Of a stretch of 64,000 bases of DNA, positions 8,218 through 18,915 are shown piece by piece (position 1 is the first letter of the stretch; each line of letters opens with the position of its first letter). Origin of the DNA: an uncultured Rhabdochlamydiaceae bacterium (lineage in GTDB: Bacteria > Chlamydiota > Chlamydiia > Chlamydiales > Rhabdochlamydiaceae); assembly GCA_963712275.1 (NCBI GenBank), contig CAVQHD010000001.1:1440001-1504000 (forward strand), given 5' to 3'. The notes below the pieces were generated by a model. The model saw only the letters and a list, made by a program, of their open reading frames with translations. It was not told the DNA's origin and made no database searches. Position numbers and translations under genes: made by a program.

Positions 8218-9273
8218 TTATCTAGTACTTGCCAAAGCAGAGACGAGGTTTGGAACTGCTGTCTGAAGATCTCCCTGATATAGATAATCTTCATTTCCTA
8301 AATAAGTGGGAGTTCCTAAATCAATAGCGATGATGATTCCTTGAGGATGATGCTTTTTGTACCAGCCTAAAAATCCTCGATCGTCATAGCTCAGACCTAC
8401 GCAAATCAAATAGTCAATGTTTTTAAGGGAAGAAGGGTCAATTTCAGTTTGCAGATGTTGTGCATCAACGCGGTAAGGCTTGATACCGGTACGCTCATGA
8501 AGGAGGTCCAAATTTTCTGTGACAATTTGCGTCTTCTTAAGGAGAGCCAAATCCTTCAACGCTTGATGAGCGATTGTTGGAGGGCTGAAAAAACAGGCGC
8601 GATGAAACTGGTCAATATTAGACACGAGTTGCTGCGGCTGTAAAGGAATAGCTTTGATCCAAGAAAAAAAGGACTCTTTATCCATTTTAAACCCAAGGAG
8701 TGAGCAAAGCTGCTCCATGGTAGGCACCTCGGACGCTGCAGAAAGACCGGCCCCTGTATAAAAAAGCACAGAACCTTCGCGTATAAGAGAAACAAGTTCT
8801 GTTTCTTCGATGACGCGCGGCGCTGCTTTTTCTATCACACGCCGTTCACTTACAAGGTAGGAGGAGCTATTAGGTCCTTTACTGGAAGACTCTGCAAGAG
8901 GAGCATTATGTGTTTCACCAGTCGTTTTATTCCAACAGTAGGCATAGATAAATCTTTTCTGTTGTTGTCCATGGATTTCGCATATCTGTTCTAAGAACGG
9001 CAGTTTCTCTGCTTCTTCATAGCCCTCAGGAAATTTTTCCAAGAAAACCACTTCAAAATAGATTTCGTTATCTTTCGTGATAAAACGGAAATGACCATTC
9101 TCTCCAAAGCACCACGTCATGTCTAAGGTTCTTTTATCTGAAGGGATTTCTTCCTCCAAAAGGGTTTGCGGGGCAGTCAAAAACTCCTCTGCTGCACTTA
9201 TTATAGGCAATTCTTGCGCTGCTAAATGAAGCATTCCAAATCCTAATACAATGGACAAAATAACTTTTTTCAT
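8218..9273 (-). CDS. Sir2/sirtuin-like protein, minimal (no Zn subdomain), with signal peptide and unknown N-terminal domain
   Basis: YTGAGLSAASEVPT, PTIAHQAL, IVTENLDLLHERTG, ICVGLS. No CxxC pairs. Confidence 0.75.
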   Translation of the reverse strand: MKKVILSIVLGFGMLHLAAQELPIISAAEEFLTAPQTLLEEEIPSDKRTLDMTWCFGENGHFRFITKDNEIYFEVVFLEKFPEGYEEAEKLPFLEQICEIHGQQQKRFIYAYCWNKTTGETHNAPLAESSSKGPNSSSYLVSERRVIEKAAPRVIEETELVSLIREGSVLFYTGAGLSAASEVPTMEQLCSLLGFKMDKESFFSWIKAIPLQPQQLVSNIDQFHRACFFSPPTIAHQALKDLALLKKTQIVTENLDLLHERTGIKPYRVDAQHLQTEIDPSSLKNIDYLICVGLSYDDRGFLGWYKKHHPQGIIIAIDLGTPTYLGNEDYLYQGDLQTAVPNLVSALASTR

Positions 9274-9324
9274 AAAATCCTCTGGTAGGATTAAATCAGA
9301 GCTAATTATTTAGACCAAGACAAT

Positions 9325-10431
9325 TCATTCCAGATTTTGGTATTTGATAGCCCATCCTCGTTGGATTTTTTCTTGGGCATTTCTGTATTCTTCTGCCAGA
9401 ATTGGATCGAGATGAGTAAGGCGTGCTATTTTTCCTTCTGAGAAGATATAAGGGTCGATGACTCGGAATCGGCTTTTCACAATAATATCCGCCTCAGATG
9501 GATCGACCAAGCTGTAGTAAAAGCCCGCTTGAGCAATCATTTGCATTTTCTTTTGAATCAATAAATCTTCACAGCTGGTTAATTGATCCCAGATAACTTG
9601 ATCTGTAGAGAAATGAATATCTTCGTAAGAAATACGCTCTAATTCCACCATTCTTAAAATAGCTTCGGCAAGCCAGCGGGATAAGTTATAATTCTCGGCG
9701 CTTCCCCAGCAATTTTGCGTCATAAATAGAGAAAAACGAACTAACTTTTTCATGAGTTCTGGTTTTGTGCTGACCCAACTACCTTGAATAAACTGAAGAT
9801 CTTCAATAATTTGTTTTGCTTCTTCATAGGTAATAAAACCTTGGTGGTATGCGCCTTGAATGTTGTAATCGATTCGGTCCGCGCAGAGATTGGGAAGTTT
9901 TTGCTCAAGCGATGGAAAAGCCTTTTCTGTGGGAAGGATTTGATCAATGGAGAACCCATATTTTCCCAAGATTTTTCCGAGACCACTCTTTTCTAAGAAA
10001 TTTTTATGAATGCTACTTTGATAATCCTTGTCTTGATTTTCCTTACGAAAGATCCAATCCCCGACATGGGAGAAAACTGTATGAGAAACATCATGAAGCA
10101 GCCCCGCAATTTGTTCCTCAAGAGAAGAGTTTTTTATCCGAAGAATAGCAAAAACGCCTAGGGAATGGTCGTAACGGGTATATTCTTCTTTATGAGTCGT
10201 ATAATAGGCGACACCATATTGATGGATCCATTTGAGTCTTTGAAAAGGGGGGCTTTCAATCAGCTCTAAGAGAATAGGCTCTTCAACTTCAATAGGGCCA
10301 TAGAAGGTATCGATTGTTGCAGCCCATGTCGACAGCGGGAGGAAACAAAACAGGTAAAAGCCTGCTCTAAGGAAAAATGTCCTAAAACAAACGAACTGCC
10401 GTAGAGTTCTAATTTTAAAACGCATTTTCAT
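9325..10431 (-). CDS. HD-domain phosphohydrolase (YdhJ/SAMHD1-like) with signal-peptide-like N-terminus
   Basis: FQRLKWIHQYG, TRYDHSLGV, GLLHDVSHTVFSH, LCADRIDY. Start codon uncertain. Confidence 0.85.
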   Translation of the reverse strand: MKMRFKIRTLRQFVCFRTFFLRAGFYLFCFLPLSTWAATIDTFYGPIEVEEPILLELIESPPFQRLKWIHQYGVAYYTTHKEEYTRYDHSLGVFAILRIKNSSLEEQIAGLLHDVSHTVFSHVGDWIFRKENQDKDYQSSIHKNFLEKSGLGKILGKYGFSIDQILPTEKAFPSLEQKLPNLCADRIDYNIQGAYHQGFITYEEAKQIIEDLQFIQGSWVSTKPELMKKLVRFSLFMTQNCWGSAENYNLSRWLAEAILRMVELERISYEDIHFSTDQVIWDQLTSCEDLLIQKKMQMIAQAGFYYSLVDPSEADIIVKSRFRVIDPYIFSEGKIARLTHLDPILAEEYRNAQEKIQRGWAIKYQNLE

Positions 10432-10542
10432 TTGGTTAAGTAGATGGAAGCTTAGCAATTTTCTCAATTTTGTCCAATCGGGTATTCTTTCCAGCCTCTC
10501 ATCTTTACAAATCAATAACGCCCGGTTTAAAATAGGGGTGGT

Positions 10543-11208
10543 ATGCAGCCCAAGCAGTTAAAATTTCCTTTTAGGTGGGAGGAGCGCGCTCCTGGCATTC
10601 ATGATGAGGTGCTCTTTATTCCTGATTGTTATGATCAACACCGAGAGTGGGTAATGCCTTCCTGGGAGATGATTTTTGGAAACTCGAACCCTGTTATGGT
10701 CGAGTATTGTACAGGCAATGGAGCCTGGATTGCCGATAAAGCCCAAGATCAAAGTCAAAATTGGGTGGCGGTAGAATGGAGGTTTGACAGAGTCCAAAAA
10801 ATCTGGTCTAAAAAGAAGAATAGAGGACTTAAAAATCTTTTTGTGGTTTGTGGCGATGCGAACGTTTTCATTCGTGATTACGTCAGAGATCAATCTGTCG
10901 ATGGTGTCTATGTGAATTTCCCAGATCCTTGGCCGAAGGAAAGACATGCTAAAAACCGTCTTTTTCAACCTTCTTTTGTCGCAAATTTAGCCCGCACAGT
11001 ACGGCCGGGAGCACCTTTATGTGTTGTAACGGATGACCCTCCTTATAGCCAGCAGATTGTAAAGAGCATTCTTGCTCATCCAGACTGGAAGCCGGCCTAT
11101 TCATTTCCTCATTATGTGACAGAATGGGAAGGGTATGGAACCTCTTTTTTTGATGCGCTTTGGAGGGAAAAAGGGCGAGAAATTCGGTATTTTCGGTTTT
11201 TAAGATGA
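10543..11208 (+). CDS. trmB: tRNA (guanine-N7)-methyltransferase
   Basis: VEYCTGNG, VNFPDPWPKERHAKNRL, VTDDPPY. Confidence 0.95.
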   Translation: MQPKQLKFPFRWEERAPGIHDEVLFIPDCYDQHREWVMPSWEMIFGNSNPVMVEYCTGNGAWIADKAQDQSQNWVAVEWRFDRVQKIWSKKKNRGLKNLFVVCGDANVFIRDYVRDQSVDGVYVNFPDPWPKERHAKNRLFQPSFVANLARTVRPGAPLCVVTDDPPYSQQIVKSILAHPDWKPAYSFPHYVTEWEGYGTSFFDALWREKGREIRYFRFLR

Positions 11209-11945
11209 AAACAATTGTTTTGCCTGCTTCTCCTTCCAGCGACTTAGATTGGTCCTTGCAACTTGAAGAGATGAAAGAAGGGGATTTCTTAGTGCATTTA
11301 GACTTTGGATGGGGGCGATCTCCTTTTTTTCTGAGCGATCTTGTCGTCTTTCAAACGTTTTCTCTTGCGCTGGATCAATTTTCAATGGAGGTGTGGCCTC
11401 TTGTGAAAGATCGGTGCCAAGGGGTCATCTTATTTCGGGGATCGCTTGACATTTTATCCTCACTGATTGTGGCGGGTGAGGAGCTCTCTGCGGTGGAGGC
11501 AGCAACGGTTTTTGGAGATTATCTCCATAGGCTTGCCTCTTTTTTGCCTGATGATGCCACGCCGTATTGCTTATTTGATGATCGGGGGCCTTATAGCCTC
11601 GGGGAGGCTGCGCACCTTCTTGCTCAGGACCGGTTTTGGCATCTTCGTCTTGCTTTGGATCCTTCCGAGCACCGAGTTGGGGTTTTGCTGCCTCAAGATG
11701 AACTGTGCTCTCCTGTGATGATCCTTGAGCTAGATCAGCTTCTTCGAGAAAAGCCAGAGATTCGAGTGATTCCTGAACGCAGACTGAGTGAGCTGTGGAA
11801 TGGGCTTGATGAGTTGATTGTTTTTGAGGAGAGCGTGACAGCTCAGGGGCGGCGGCAGCTTGCAGGTTTTGAGGCGGCAGGAGGAGAGATTATACACAAA
11901 CAACTTGAAGAATCGGTTTTTGACGACGTCGGCTTTACCTTATAA
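11205..11945 (+). CDS. Hypothetical protein, translationally coupled to trmB
   Basis: Long ORF whose ATG at 11205 overlaps the trmB stop (ATGA). Confidence 0.7.
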   Translation: MKTIVLPASPSSDLDWSLQLEEMKEGDFLVHLDFGWGRSPFFLSDLVVFQTFSLALDQFSMEVWPLVKDRCQGVILFRGSLDILSSLIVAGEELSAVEAATVFGDYLHRLASFLPDDATPYCLFDDRGPYSLGEAAHLLAQDRFWHLRLALDPSEHRVGVLLPQDELCSPVMILELDQLLREKPEIRVIPERRLSELWNGLDELIVFEESVTAQGRRQLAGFEAAGGEIIHKQLEESVFDDVGFTL

Positions 11946-12000
11946 TTCTTGTCTTCTTTGTCAAATTCCCGATCCTTCAAGTTGTTTGTGTGTAAAGTGT

Positions 12001-12075
12001 TCGGAGCAGAGGGATTCGAACCCCCGACCCACTGCTCCCAAAGCAGTTGCGCTAGCCAAACTGCGCTATGCTCCG
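12001..12075 (-). tRNA. tRNA-Pro(TGG)
   Basis: CGGAGCATAGCGCAG...ACTGC-TTTGGGA-GCAGT...GGTTCGAATCC...CTCCGA. Confidence 0.95.
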
Positions 12076-12144
12076 AACGAGAAAATAAATATCATACTAA
12101 CTTGAAATCTTTTACACAACGGTAAGTTTGTGTAAGATGAGTTT

Positions 12145-13689
12145 ATGGGCTTTGCAAGTAATATTTTAAATCAGTTTCTCGATCGTCTTCCTGACCTTAA
12201 AAAAGAATTAACGGCAGACCGTCTTCGCCTTTTTCAGGCGGAAGGGGCTGGGCTAACGCTCTCTTATGCAACGCAGCGTGTATCAACTGAAATTTTAGGC
12301 CACCTTTTTCAGCTTGCCAAGGAGCAGAAGGCGCTTTTGTGGATGGAGCGGCTTCAGATGGGGGAAAAGGTCAATTGCCTAGAAGGGTTTCCAAGTGAAA
12401 ACCGGGCAGCACTTCATACTGCTTTGCGGTATCAGAAGGGATCGAAACCAATTTCTTCAGAGGCTTTGCAAGCGGCTCAGCTGGCCTGGAGAGAGCTTGA
12501 TCGGCTAGAAGAGTTCCTTCCTTCTGCTGCCGCTTATACCGACATTGTTCAAGTGGGCATTGGAGGGTCGGCGCTGGGGCCTGAGGCGATCTATCATGCC
12601 TTAAAGGCCTATTCAATTCCTGGCCGGCGGGCTCATTTTGTCTCCAATATCGATCCGGATGAAATCACCTCGGTGCTTAAAACAGTTCCTCTTGCGCAAA
12701 CACTTTTTGTGGTGGTTTCAAAGTCTGGAACAACGCTAGAGACGGTCACAAATGAAGCCCTTATTCGAGCTGAGCTCCAAAAGGCGGGGCTTGACCCTCT
12801 GCTCCACTTGATTGCGGTGACGCAGCAGGGGAGCCCAATGGATAATCCGAAAAAATTTCGGGCCTGTTTTTATCTGTGGGATTTTGTTGGAGGTAGGTAT
12901 TCCACCACTTCGATGGTGGGAGGAGTTCTTCTTGCATTCACCCTAGGGTTAGGGACTTTTCTGCAGTTGCTCGAAGGAGCTCACGCAATGGACCAGGTTG
13001 CCCTTACTAAAGACCCTTCTCAAAATCTGCCGCTCTTAGGAGCTTTAATAGGGATCTGGAACCGGAGTTTTCTGGGATATCCAACGGTGGCGGTGATTCC
13101 TTATTCCCATGCCTTAGCGAAATTTCCGGCCCATCTGCAGCAGCTCGATATGGAATCCAATGGCAAGAGGATCAATCGGCAAGGGCATCTAGTCGGTTAT
13201 CCGACAGGGCCTATCGTCTGGGGAGAGCCGGGGACGAATGGACAGCACTCTTTTTTCCAACTGATTCATCAAGGGACCACTGTCGTGCCTGTGGAATTCA
13301 TTGGGTTTCGCAAGTCTCAATATGGGCATGACATGGTGGTCCAAGGATCGACCTCGCAAGAGAAGCTGAATGGTAACCTCTTAGCTCAGGCAATTGCGCT
13401 CGCTCAAGGTCAAACGAGTGAAAATCCGAATCAAGTTTGCCCCGGCAACCGCCCCTCTCAACTCCTCATTGGAGATCGGTGCGATCCTGTGACGGTGGGC
13501 TCTCTTCTCGCCTACTATGAGCATAAAGTGGCTTTTCAAGGGTTTTTATGGGGCATCAACTCTTTTGACCAAGCAGGCGTTGAACTCGGCAAAAAAATGT
13601 CCAAGCAGATGATTCAGGCGCTTGCCGCATCAAGAGAAGGAGAAGTGGAAGACCCTTTTTCTCAAGCGTGGATTGAGCTGTTTAAATAG
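12145..13689 (+). CDS. pgi: Glucose-6-phosphate isomerase
   Basis: GIGGSALGP, VVSKSGTT, VGGRYS, LQQLDMESNGK, GTNGQHSFFQLIHQG, SFDQAGVELGK. Confidence 0.97.
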   Translation: MGFASNILNQFLDRLPDLKKELTADRLRLFQAEGAGLTLSYATQRVSTEILGHLFQLAKEQKALLWMERLQMGEKVNCLEGFPSENRAALHTALRYQKGSKPISSEALQAAQLAWRELDRLEEFLPSAAAYTDIVQVGIGGSALGPEAIYHALKAYSIPGRRAHFVSNIDPDEITSVLKTVPLAQTLFVVVSKSGTTLETVTNEALIRAELQKAGLDPLLHLIAVTQQGSPMDNPKKFRACFYLWDFVGGRYSTTSMVGGVLLAFTLGLGTFLQLLEGAHAMDQVALTKDPSQNLPLLGALIGIWNRSFLGYPTVAVIPYSHALAKFPAHLQQLDMESNGKRINRQGHLVGYPTGPIVWGEPGTNGQHSFFQLIHQGTTVVPVEFIGFRKSQYGHDMVVQGSTSQEKLNGNLLAQAIALAQGQTSENPNQVCPGNRPSQLLIGDRCDPVTVGSLLAYYEHKVAFQGFLWGINSFDQAGVELGKKMSKQMIQALAASREGEVEDPFSQAWIELFK

Positions 13690-14551
13690 CAGCTGTAATA
13701 GCTCCAATGAGCACTGCTTTAGAGTGGTATTGCAAGAGGGGAAGCGCTGTGCGATGAATAAGTGCTGCAATGCCCAAAGCAACACCTACTTGGACTGAGC
13801 CAAGGAAAACTTTTTTGGGTTGCTCGATCATACGTAGAGGGGTTTTGTAGGTGAGTGAATTCCACAAGACACCGATTAAACCTGAATTAATGGGGGCTAC
13901 CCATTTGGTCGTAGAGTAAGACCACTCTTCTGGGTAAGAAGAGTCTCGGCAGAAGTCTTTATGAAGCCGCTCTTGGGATATGTGAAATTTGACGTTTGGG
14001 ACAAGCATAGAAGAGGCCATTATAAAATGGCCATCATTGCATAGGTTCTCTGTTGAAGAACATGTATAGGTTTTTGGCAGAAGGGTCGTAGCAAAACTAT
14101 TAAGAATTGCTCGACCAATGCGGTTGAAAAAGTTATTGCTATCATTTTTTTTAAGATATTTATAAGGTAAAATAATAAAGAGATTTGAGTGAAGGTGAGT
14201 TTCTCTTGGATCGCGTTCATTGAATAAATCGACATCATAGGCACAATAAAAATGATTACGGTTTTGTGCATCAAAGCCGCATCCATAGTCCCCTCCGAAC
14301 TTGTTTCCCCCTGCTAAAGGTAAGGCTCCAAATGCGTGAATACCTAGCCAAAAAAAGGGATTAGTTCCGTGCCTAAGAGTTTCTAAGGCGAAAAAGTTTG
14401 CCAGTCCTTGAGAAAATAGGCGAGCTGTTACAAAAGCAACTGTACAAAGTAGGACCGCTCGATTTTGATATTCTTTCGGTCCTTTATCAAAGAAACGATA
14501 TAAATTTTCTTTTGTTATGACGTTGGTTAAAGAACTTAATCCAAATGACAT
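13682..14551 (-). CDS. Hypothetical membrane protein with a possible ART-like HGT motif
   Basis: 289 aa, AT-rich, hydrophobic segments at both ends, LRHGT...HFYCAYD. Confidence 0.6.
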   Translation of the reverse strand: MSFGLSSLTNVITKENLYRFFDKGPKEYQNRAVLLCTVAFVTARLFSQGLANFFALETLRHGTNPFFWLGIHAFGALPLAGGNKFGGDYGCGFDAQNRNHFYCAYDVDLFNERDPRETHLHSNLFIILPYKYLKKNDSNNFFNRIGRAILNSFATTLLPKTYTCSSTENLCNDGHFIMASSMLVPNVKFHISQERLHKDFCRDSSYPEEWSYSTTKWVAPINSGLIGVLWNSLTYKTPLRMIEQPKKVFLGSVQVGVALGIAALIHRTALPLLQYHSKAVLIGAITAAI

Positions 14552-14657
14552 TTCAACCTCTTTTATGGGAGAAATTATACAGCTTTTTTACATAAACATC
14601 AAGAAAATTCTCCCTCAAAATGCCAAGCTTTTGACAATTAACAATTAAAATATTTTT

Positions 14658-15692
14658 TTACATTTTTAAAGAACCCGACTCAATTTGAAGGGTATGGTAG
14701 GGTCGATTGTCCAAAAAAACGGGAGAGGTTAAAAAAACCTGCCCAAAAGAAGAGATATGGGAAAGAAGGATTTCACGTCTTTCTTCATCGAGGTGGACGC
14801 CAAAGTCATCGATGCAAAAGAGGGGAGCAAGTTGATGTTGAAGGGAGAGGTTTTTCCACTGCGCTAGGCGCAGGGCTGCCACGGCGGATCGGAGCTGCCC
14901 CTGGCTTGCATAGCCTGAGGCGGGAAGTCCATTGATGAAAATGTCCAAATCATCTCGATGAGGGCCCAAAAGCGTGGATCCAAGGATCAGCTCTTTAGGG
15001 CGGTGTTTAAGATAATTTTCCGTAAAAGAGGGGCGATAGCAGATTTCAATTTGATCTTTTTCTTTGGATAGGGTTTGCATGGCTGCCTGCAGCTCGGTCT
15101 GAAGTGCTTTGATGAGAGAGCGGCGTTGATCCCGCAGGTACGTGGCTGCACTGACCATGAGCGTTTCCCAAGGCTCTAATCCTTGCTCTTTTTTTTGCTT
15201 GAGAAGGAAATTTCTGTGTTTTACCGCTCTATGGTAGCGGGCTAAATGAAATACATAGAGTGGATCGCTTTGAGCAAGATGAAGATCTAAGAAGCGGCGG
15301 CGGTCGGAGGGGGCCCCTGTGATGAGAAGAATATCCTCTGGGGCAAGCAGCACAATAGGAAGAAGCCCTAGAAGGGGGTTGAAGTGGGAGTAAGAGGTGT
15401 GGTTGATCTCCAACTTTTTGACCTCGCCGTCAAAGGAGAGGCGGGCTTTCTGCTGGATCCCATCTTTTACAAACTGCGCTTCAACAAAGAAAAAAGAGGC
15501 TTCCTGGTGAATCAGCTCTTTTAAGTGGGCCGTTCGGAAAGAGCGGCCGGTCCCAACGAGAAAAAGAGCTTCAAGTAAGTTGGTTTTTCCTTGGGCGTTT
15601 CCGCCTCGAATCAGATTAATCTCTGGAGAGAAGAGAAAGCTCTCTTCGGAGTAATTTCGAAAATGGCGAATGTAGAGTTTTTCAAGACGCAT
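14658..15692 (-). CDS. recF: DNA replication/repair protein RecF
   Basis: FRNY, GGNAQGKTNLLEA, GPHRDDL, ASQGQ, IDD...LDE. Start at MRLEKL. Confidence 0.97.
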   Translation of the reverse strand: MRLEKLYIRHFRNYSEESFLFSPEINLIRGGNAQGKTNLLEALFLVGTGRSFRTAHLKELIHQEASFFFVEAQFVKDGIQQKARLSFDGEVKKLEINHTSYSHFNPLLGLLPIVLLAPEDILLITGAPSDRRRFLDLHLAQSDPLYVFHLARYHRAVKHRNFLLKQKKEQGLEPWETLMVSAATYLRDQRRSLIKALQTELQAAMQTLSKEKDQIEICYRPSFTENYLKHRPKELILGSTLLGPHRDDLDIFINGLPASGYASQGQLRSAVAALRLAQWKNLSLQHQLAPLFCIDDFGVHLDEERREILLSHISSFGQVFLTSPVFLDNRPYHTLQIESGSLKM

Positions 15693-16785
15693 CAAGACGC
15701 ATGGGCATGAGCACAAAATGGGCTGTTGTCGAGTCGGTGATAAGCCCTGGGTTAAAGGCATCGCTTAGGCTGAGGAGGACAGTTTCATCTTTACAGTTTC
15801 TCAAAATATCGAAAAAGTAGTGAGGATTAAAGGCGACGTCGAATTTAGATCCTCCATAGTTTACAGACATGCTGACCTTTCCTTCTCCAATAGCTCCATT
15901 CATCGCTGTGAGATGGAGTTCGCCTGGAGCAAAGGTAAAGCGGACAGAGCTGCTCTGATCTTCTGTAAAAAGGGAAACCTGCCTGAGAAGAGACATGAGC
16001 TCTTCTCGATGAAGGGTGATGGGAGAGATTGCTTTTTTAGGGATAACGCGATCAACATCGGGGTACTGACCATTGAGGAGTTTGGTGATAAGAGTGACAT
16101 TTCCAATCTCAAGTCCGATTTTATCGGAGAAAAAAGTTAGCTTTGATTGGTCGTCTTTGATATCGATTAACTTAATCATCTCTTCAACGGCTTTTAGAGG
16201 AAGAATATACGATCCTGTTTGATCTTCAGAAAGGTTCACTTCCGCAGAGACACGGGCCAAACGTTTGCCATCCGTTCCAATAAATAGGGCCGTTTTTTGT
16301 TTATGCTGAAGCAAAATGCCATTGAGAACTTGCCGGTTATCATCTCTAGCAGCTGCAAAAGAGCTTCGTATTAGCATCTCTTTAAGGAGATGGTTGCTGA
16401 TTTCAAGAGAAACCCCTCCACTCATATCAGGAAAGGTTGGAAACTCATTTTTATGCATTCCACTCATCTTAAAATGGGAAGAGCCGCAATTAATATGGGC
16501 AGATTCCGAACTTTGAGCATGGATCTCTACCTGAGATGAGGTCAACTCGCGCACAAGCTGGAAAAACTTTTTTGCCGGAAGGGTGATGGCTCCTTCTTCT
16601 TGAATGGCCGCATTTGCAAAAGCCTGCATGCTGATCGTTAAATCGGTCGTGCTTAAAACAAGCTGGTCGTCACGAGCCTCTAAGAGAATATTATTTAAAA
16701 CTGGCAAGGCGGGTTTAGAGGGAACAATGGCTTGGATTTTAGCGATGAGATTGAGTAAATCAATACGTGGAATGGTAAGTTTCAT
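15682..16785 (-). CDS. dnaN: DNA polymerase III beta clamp
   Basis: LSTTDL, GTDGKRL, GQYPDVDRVIP, AFNPHY, VLMPMRL. Confidence 0.97.
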   Translation of the reverse strand: MKLTIPRIDLLNLIAKIQAIVPSKPALPVLNNILLEARDDQLVLSTTDLTISMQAFANAAIQEEGAITLPAKKFFQLVRELTSSQVEIHAQSSESAHINCGSSHFKMSGMHKNEFPTFPDMSGGVSLEISNHLLKEMLIRSSFAAARDDNRQVLNGILLQHKQKTALFIGTDGKRLARVSAEVNLSEDQTGSYILPLKAVEEMIKLIDIKDDQSKLTFFSDKIGLEIGNVTLITKLLNGQYPDVDRVIPKKAISPITLHREELMSLLRQVSLFTEDQSSSVRFTFAPGELHLTAMNGAIGEGKVSMSVNYGGSKFDVAFNPHYFFDILRNCKDETVLLSLSDAFNPGLITDSTTAHFVLMPMRLDAS

Positions 16786-16878
16786 CTGAGAACTCCGCTT
16801 GAGCTTTTAATCTTTAGGATACTCCAAAAAACACAGCGGTGTCAATGCTCGGATCGTCGCTCAGCATAAAAATCATGT

Positions 16879-17322
16879 TTAACGGTCCTTCATCGATCGG
16901 TCGATCATTCGGTCGTGCTCCCGTTTTTTAAGTGCGGCTCGTTTGTCGTAGGTTTTCTTGCCGCGGGCAATTGCTAGCTTGACTTTCACAAAGCCATGTT
17001 TCAAATAGAGGGAAAGGGGAATGATCGTAAGTCCTTTCTCACTTATTGCGTTTTGAAGCTTGACAATTTCACGATGGTGCAAAAGGAGCTTCCGCTCACG
17101 CTTTTCTTCGTGGTTGAAGACGCTGCCAAAGCGGTAGGGGGCAATGGAGGCATTTTTAAGGTACGGCTCTTCCTTGTAAAAGACGACATAAGCTTCTTGA
17201 AGGTTGCCACCGTGATTGCGAAGTGATTTGATTTCAGTTCCCAGCAAGACGATTCCAGCTTCAAAGGTTTCTAGGATTTCATAGTGGTGAAAGGCTTTTC
17301 GGTTGGAAACAAGATCATCCAT
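16879..17322 (-). CDS. smpB: SsrA-binding protein
   Basis: [37 protein letters not shown]. Confidence 0.97.
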   Translation of the reverse strand: MDDLVSNRKAFHHYEILETFEAGIVLLGTEIKSLRNHGGNLQEAYVVFYKEEPYLKNASIAPYRFGSVFNHEEKRERKLLLHHREIVKLQNAISEKGLTIIPLSLYLKHGFVKVKLAIARGKKTYDKRAALKKREHDRMIDRSMKDR

Positions 17323-17329
17323 AGAGTTT

Positions 17330-18694
17330 TTATCCGAAGAGAGATTGACCTAGAGGAGTTATGCAAAAGCATACCTCTCCATTCATCGATCCCACGGCTG
17401 TAAGTCCTGCCTCAAAGAGGTGGCTTGTTATCACGGCCTTCAAAAATTCGGCTTCCTCAGGAGTGTAGGTTGGTCGTTGATATCTCCAGTGTTTTCCTGT
17501 TTTCCGAAGTGTGACGGCTTGCCCTTCACGGATCTGCACATAGGTGCCTTTAAGAAAGTCGGAGAAACGGACCCATCCTGAATCGAGGACCCGTAAGATC
17601 GATTTTTCCATTTCCCGAACAACCTTTTCATAAAGGGGGGACAGAGGAAAGGCGCTGTGGAGCTGGCCCACAGGAAGCCGATAAAGGTAAAGGGCTTTGT
17701 TCTCGAGTCGTAGATCTAACCATTCTCTTCCAATATCGGTTAAAGAAAGTTTTCCATCTTCAAGACGCGCAAACCCGCTGGTCTCGATTTTCGTGTGCAC
17801 CCTTTTTAAATAGAGATCGTTTGCAATAAAGGAGCTTAATTTAAAGGATTGCTTTTTTGCTTGGGTTAGAACAGTTGTTATGTCTTCCACGAAAGCAAAA
17901 TCGGTGGGTCTTAGCCGCTCAATCTTTTTCGGGTCATTAATAGTGGGGGTAGCTGTCTCTTTCAAGAAAGTCAGGTGCTCTTTCCATTCGTAAAAGGGAG
18001 TCACAATGGTATCCCATCCGTTTCCTTGCTTGCGATACTTTATCGTGCAGATAAAATGAAACTCAAGATAGAGTATTGCTTCCTGAAACTGCTGAGGGGA
18101 TAGGCTATATTTTTTTTGAAGTTCTCGTGCAGAAATTTCGAAGCCCGGTGCTTTAAAAATATCTTGAGCAATAGCTGTTAAAACAGGATCGGAAAAATTC
18201 AAATCGAGAAGATGTCTTTGAAAGAGTTGAGGTGTCAGTAAATATTTTTCAATTAGAGAGTTAAAAATATGATTGGAGGTTCGAGGAATGGCATACCAAT
18301 GAGGAAGAATGTGGATAGGAACCTTTTTAAGCAGCTGCTGAAGAAAATCCATTCCAGACTGAAAATCGTCTCCAAATTTTTCGAGCTCAGTTTCAAAGTA
18401 TTTTCTACGTTCCTTATCGACAACGATCGTGTCTTCTTCAAAGCTGATAAGGTCCATGGATGCGATTTTTTGTAGAATAGGTGTTAAGTCCTCTTCTGAA
18501 AGGTCGAGATTTTTCCCTATTTTGCGTATGGAAGTTCGGATGGGGCTAAATAAAATCTCCTCTAAGACAGCATAGTCTAGAACAGTAAAATGGGAGAGCA
18601 AAAGACGAGCTTTAACATCTTGCTTATAGTCATAATCAAGAAGAGAAACTTTATGTTTTCTTGTCGCTGTTAGTTCCAATTGGTACCTCGACAT
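17330..18694 (-). CDS. Conserved hypothetical protein (chlamydia-type)
   Basis: 454-aa ORF co-oriented with smpB. No family recognised. Confidence 0.7.
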   Translation of the reverse strand: MSRYQLELTATRKHKVSLLDYDYKQDVKARLLLSHFTVLDYAVLEEILFSPIRTSIRKIGKNLDLSEEDLTPILQKIASMDLISFEEDTIVVDKERRKYFETELEKFGDDFQSGMDFLQQLLKKVPIHILPHWYAIPRTSNHIFNSLIEKYLLTPQLFQRHLLDLNFSDPVLTAIAQDIFKAPGFEISARELQKKYSLSPQQFQEAILYLEFHFICTIKYRKQGNGWDTIVTPFYEWKEHLTFLKETATPTINDPKKIERLRPTDFAFVEDITTVLTQAKKQSFKLSSFIANDLYLKRVHTKIETSGFARLEDGKLSLTDIGREWLDLRLENKALYLYRLPVGQLHSAFPLSPLYEKVVREMEKSILRVLDSGWVRFSDFLKGTYVQIREGQAVTLRKTGKHWRYQRPTYTPEEAEFLKAVITSHLFEAGLTAVGSMNGEVCFCITPLGQSLFG

Positions 18695-18719
18695 GATGAT
18701 ACTCTATTTTTCTTTTTGA

Positions 18720-18915
18720 AGCAATTCATCTCTCGGGTATCTTCTAAGGGTAGGAAATTAGAATAAGTGTTTAAGACCTTTGTTGAGGAAGGCTTATTTA
18801 CATTTTTTCACCACAGAGCAATTCATCTCTCGGGTATCCTCAGGGGGCAGGAAACTAGAATAAATGTTTAAAACCTTTGTTGAGGAAGGCTTATTTACAT
18901 TTTTTCACCACAGAG
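18720..18915. repeat. 97-bp imperfect tandem duplication of the left flank plus the left hairpin-arm terminus
   Basis: AGCAATTCATCTCTCGGGTATC...TTCACCACAGAG at 18720 and again at 18817. Confidence 0.9.

Noticed and set aside
15682..15701. 10-bp tandem repeat TCAAGACGCA at the dnaN/recF overlap
   Set aside because: It is explained by DnaN ending in MRL and RecF starting with MRL. There is no evidence of a further role.
14658..17322. oriC near dnaN/recF
   Set aside because: No dnaA gene and no DnaA-box cluster were seen. smpB-dnaN-recF is ordinary chlamydial gene order.
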